A stretch of DNA of 63,432 bases, counting the filler, from Octopus bimaculoides (Eukaryota), in assembly GCF_001194135.2 (NCBI RefSeq). It is 5 parts of 5 records of this genome, joined end to end, with 100 filler letters (N's around TTAATTAATTAA, not from the genome) between each part and the next. Parts side by side here need not be neighbours in the genome. Positions count along the whole stretch, not along the records: positions 61,640 to 63,432 come from NW_026375776.1; 4 more parts are not named here. One strand, written 5' to 3'. Position 1 is the first letter of the stretch. Every line of letters starts with the position of its first letter. The translations under genes were made by a program, and so were the position numbers. Positions 62,238 to 63,432 of this stretch are shown one piece after another. The notes under the pieces were generated by a model. The model searched no databases. It had not been told where the DNA came from and saw only the letters and a list, made by a program, of their open reading frames with translations.

Positions 62238-63206
62238 ATATATATATATATGTATGTATGTACATGTGTCTCCACTCGTACGGTATTCCACAACTTTACT
62301 TTATTATATATATATATATATATATATATACTTTATTTTAAAGCAGCAAAAATATCAGAAAAACTGTTACTCAGAGTTTCACATTCCCGTTCGTTGGACA
62401 GTTTTGTTTCTAAACAAATCTGTCTGATGACCGGGAACATGAAACTCTGAGTAACAGTTTTTGTGATATTTTTACTACTTTTTAATAAAGTATATTACTC
62501 TACCTCTGGTATTTGGGTACTATTTTTCCCACCTTGTTTCGCATTTATGTGCTTAATCTGGTATATATATATATATATATAATCCGGTATATATATATAT
62601 ATATATTTGTATGTATGAATATATATATATATCGATGCTATTATGCAAGAGTGTCCTAAGTCCAAAATGAAAAAGTAGTTTCNNNNNNNNNNNNNNNNNN
62701 NNNNNNNNNNNNNNNNNNNNNNNNNNNNNNNNNNNNNNNNNNNNNNNNNNNNNNNNNNNNNATATATATATATATGTATGTATGTACATGTGTCTCCACT
62801 CGTACGGTATTCCACAACTTTACTTTATTATATATATATATATATATATATATACTTTATTTTAAAGCAGCAAAAATATCAGAAAAACTGTTACTCAGAG
62901 TTTCACATTCCCGTTCGTTGGACAGTTTTGTTTCTAAACAAATCTGTCTGATGACCGGGAACATGAAACTCTGAGTAACAGTTTTTGTGATATTTTTACT
63001 ACTTTTTAATAAAGTATATTACTCTACCTCTGGTATTTGGGTACTATTTTTCCCACCTTGTTTCGCATTTATGTGCTTAATCTGGTATATATATATATAT
63101 ATATAATCCGGTATATATATATATATATATTTGTATGTATGAATATATATATATATCGATGCTATTATGCAAGAGTGTCCTAAGTCCAAAATGAAAAAGT
63201 AGTTTC
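62238..63206. repeat. 445-bp identical direct duplication across an N gap (62238-62682 = 62762-63206), probably an assembly artefact
   Basis: No differences seen by eye; the copies abut both sides of a 79-N gap. Confidence 0.85.
62327..62494. repeat. Palindromic element with two divergent hammerhead-like motifs (duplicated at 62851-63018)
   Basis: Arms TATACTTTATT...CTGTTACTCAGAGTTTCA / TGAAACTCTGAGTAACAG...AATAAAGTATA around TTTGTTT-CT-AAACAAA. Confidence 0.9.
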
Positions 63207-63432
63207 ACCATTCCATAGCAAAACCATTCTACTAGACTTTGACAATTTTTGATATCTCGGCATCTGAAGCTGCTGGAGATACAATAGTTTGACCAAAAGG
63301 TCTGGCTATTGCAAGCAAGAATAAATGTTGGAAAAGATGCATTCGCCCACATTTGAACATACAACAGTTCAACATAATATCAATGATATATACATACATA
63401 CATACATGTGTGTGTGTGTGTGTGTGTGTGTG

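Overview
Repeat-rich, AT-rich, gapped animal genomic DNA. The SINE/LINE set and microsatellite load point to an octopus (inference; probably an Octopus bimaculoides-type assembly). One host gene is recognisable: DMAP1 (SWC4/EAF2 orthologue) on the + strand, with 8 coding exons at 20638-30641 encoding 328 aa. Its 3' exons are not visible beyond an artificial scaffold-join spacer at 31422-31521. The rest is mostly transposon debris: RTE LINE pieces, a near-full-length decayed HERO (R2-group) element, two R4/Dong-like 3' fragments embedded in (TATG)n, a CR1/L2-group LINE, three tRNA-derived SINE families, Helitron/Helentron-type non-autonomous elements, a Tigger-like MITE and long microsatellites. 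The most unexpected signal is a set of unrelated palindromic elements (33 kb, 35 kb, 62.4 kb, and a remnant at 16.8 kb) whose arms carry hammerhead-ribozyme motifs reading outward from the centre. One of these (minus strand, 33012-33101) has an intact catalytic core and all three helices, and there is another solo hammerhead-like motif at 10146-10191. No CRISPR, rRNA or true tRNA genes were found. Most long ORFs in the track are microsatellite or N-gap artefacts. All alignments and folds were done by eye, and repeat boundaries are approximate.
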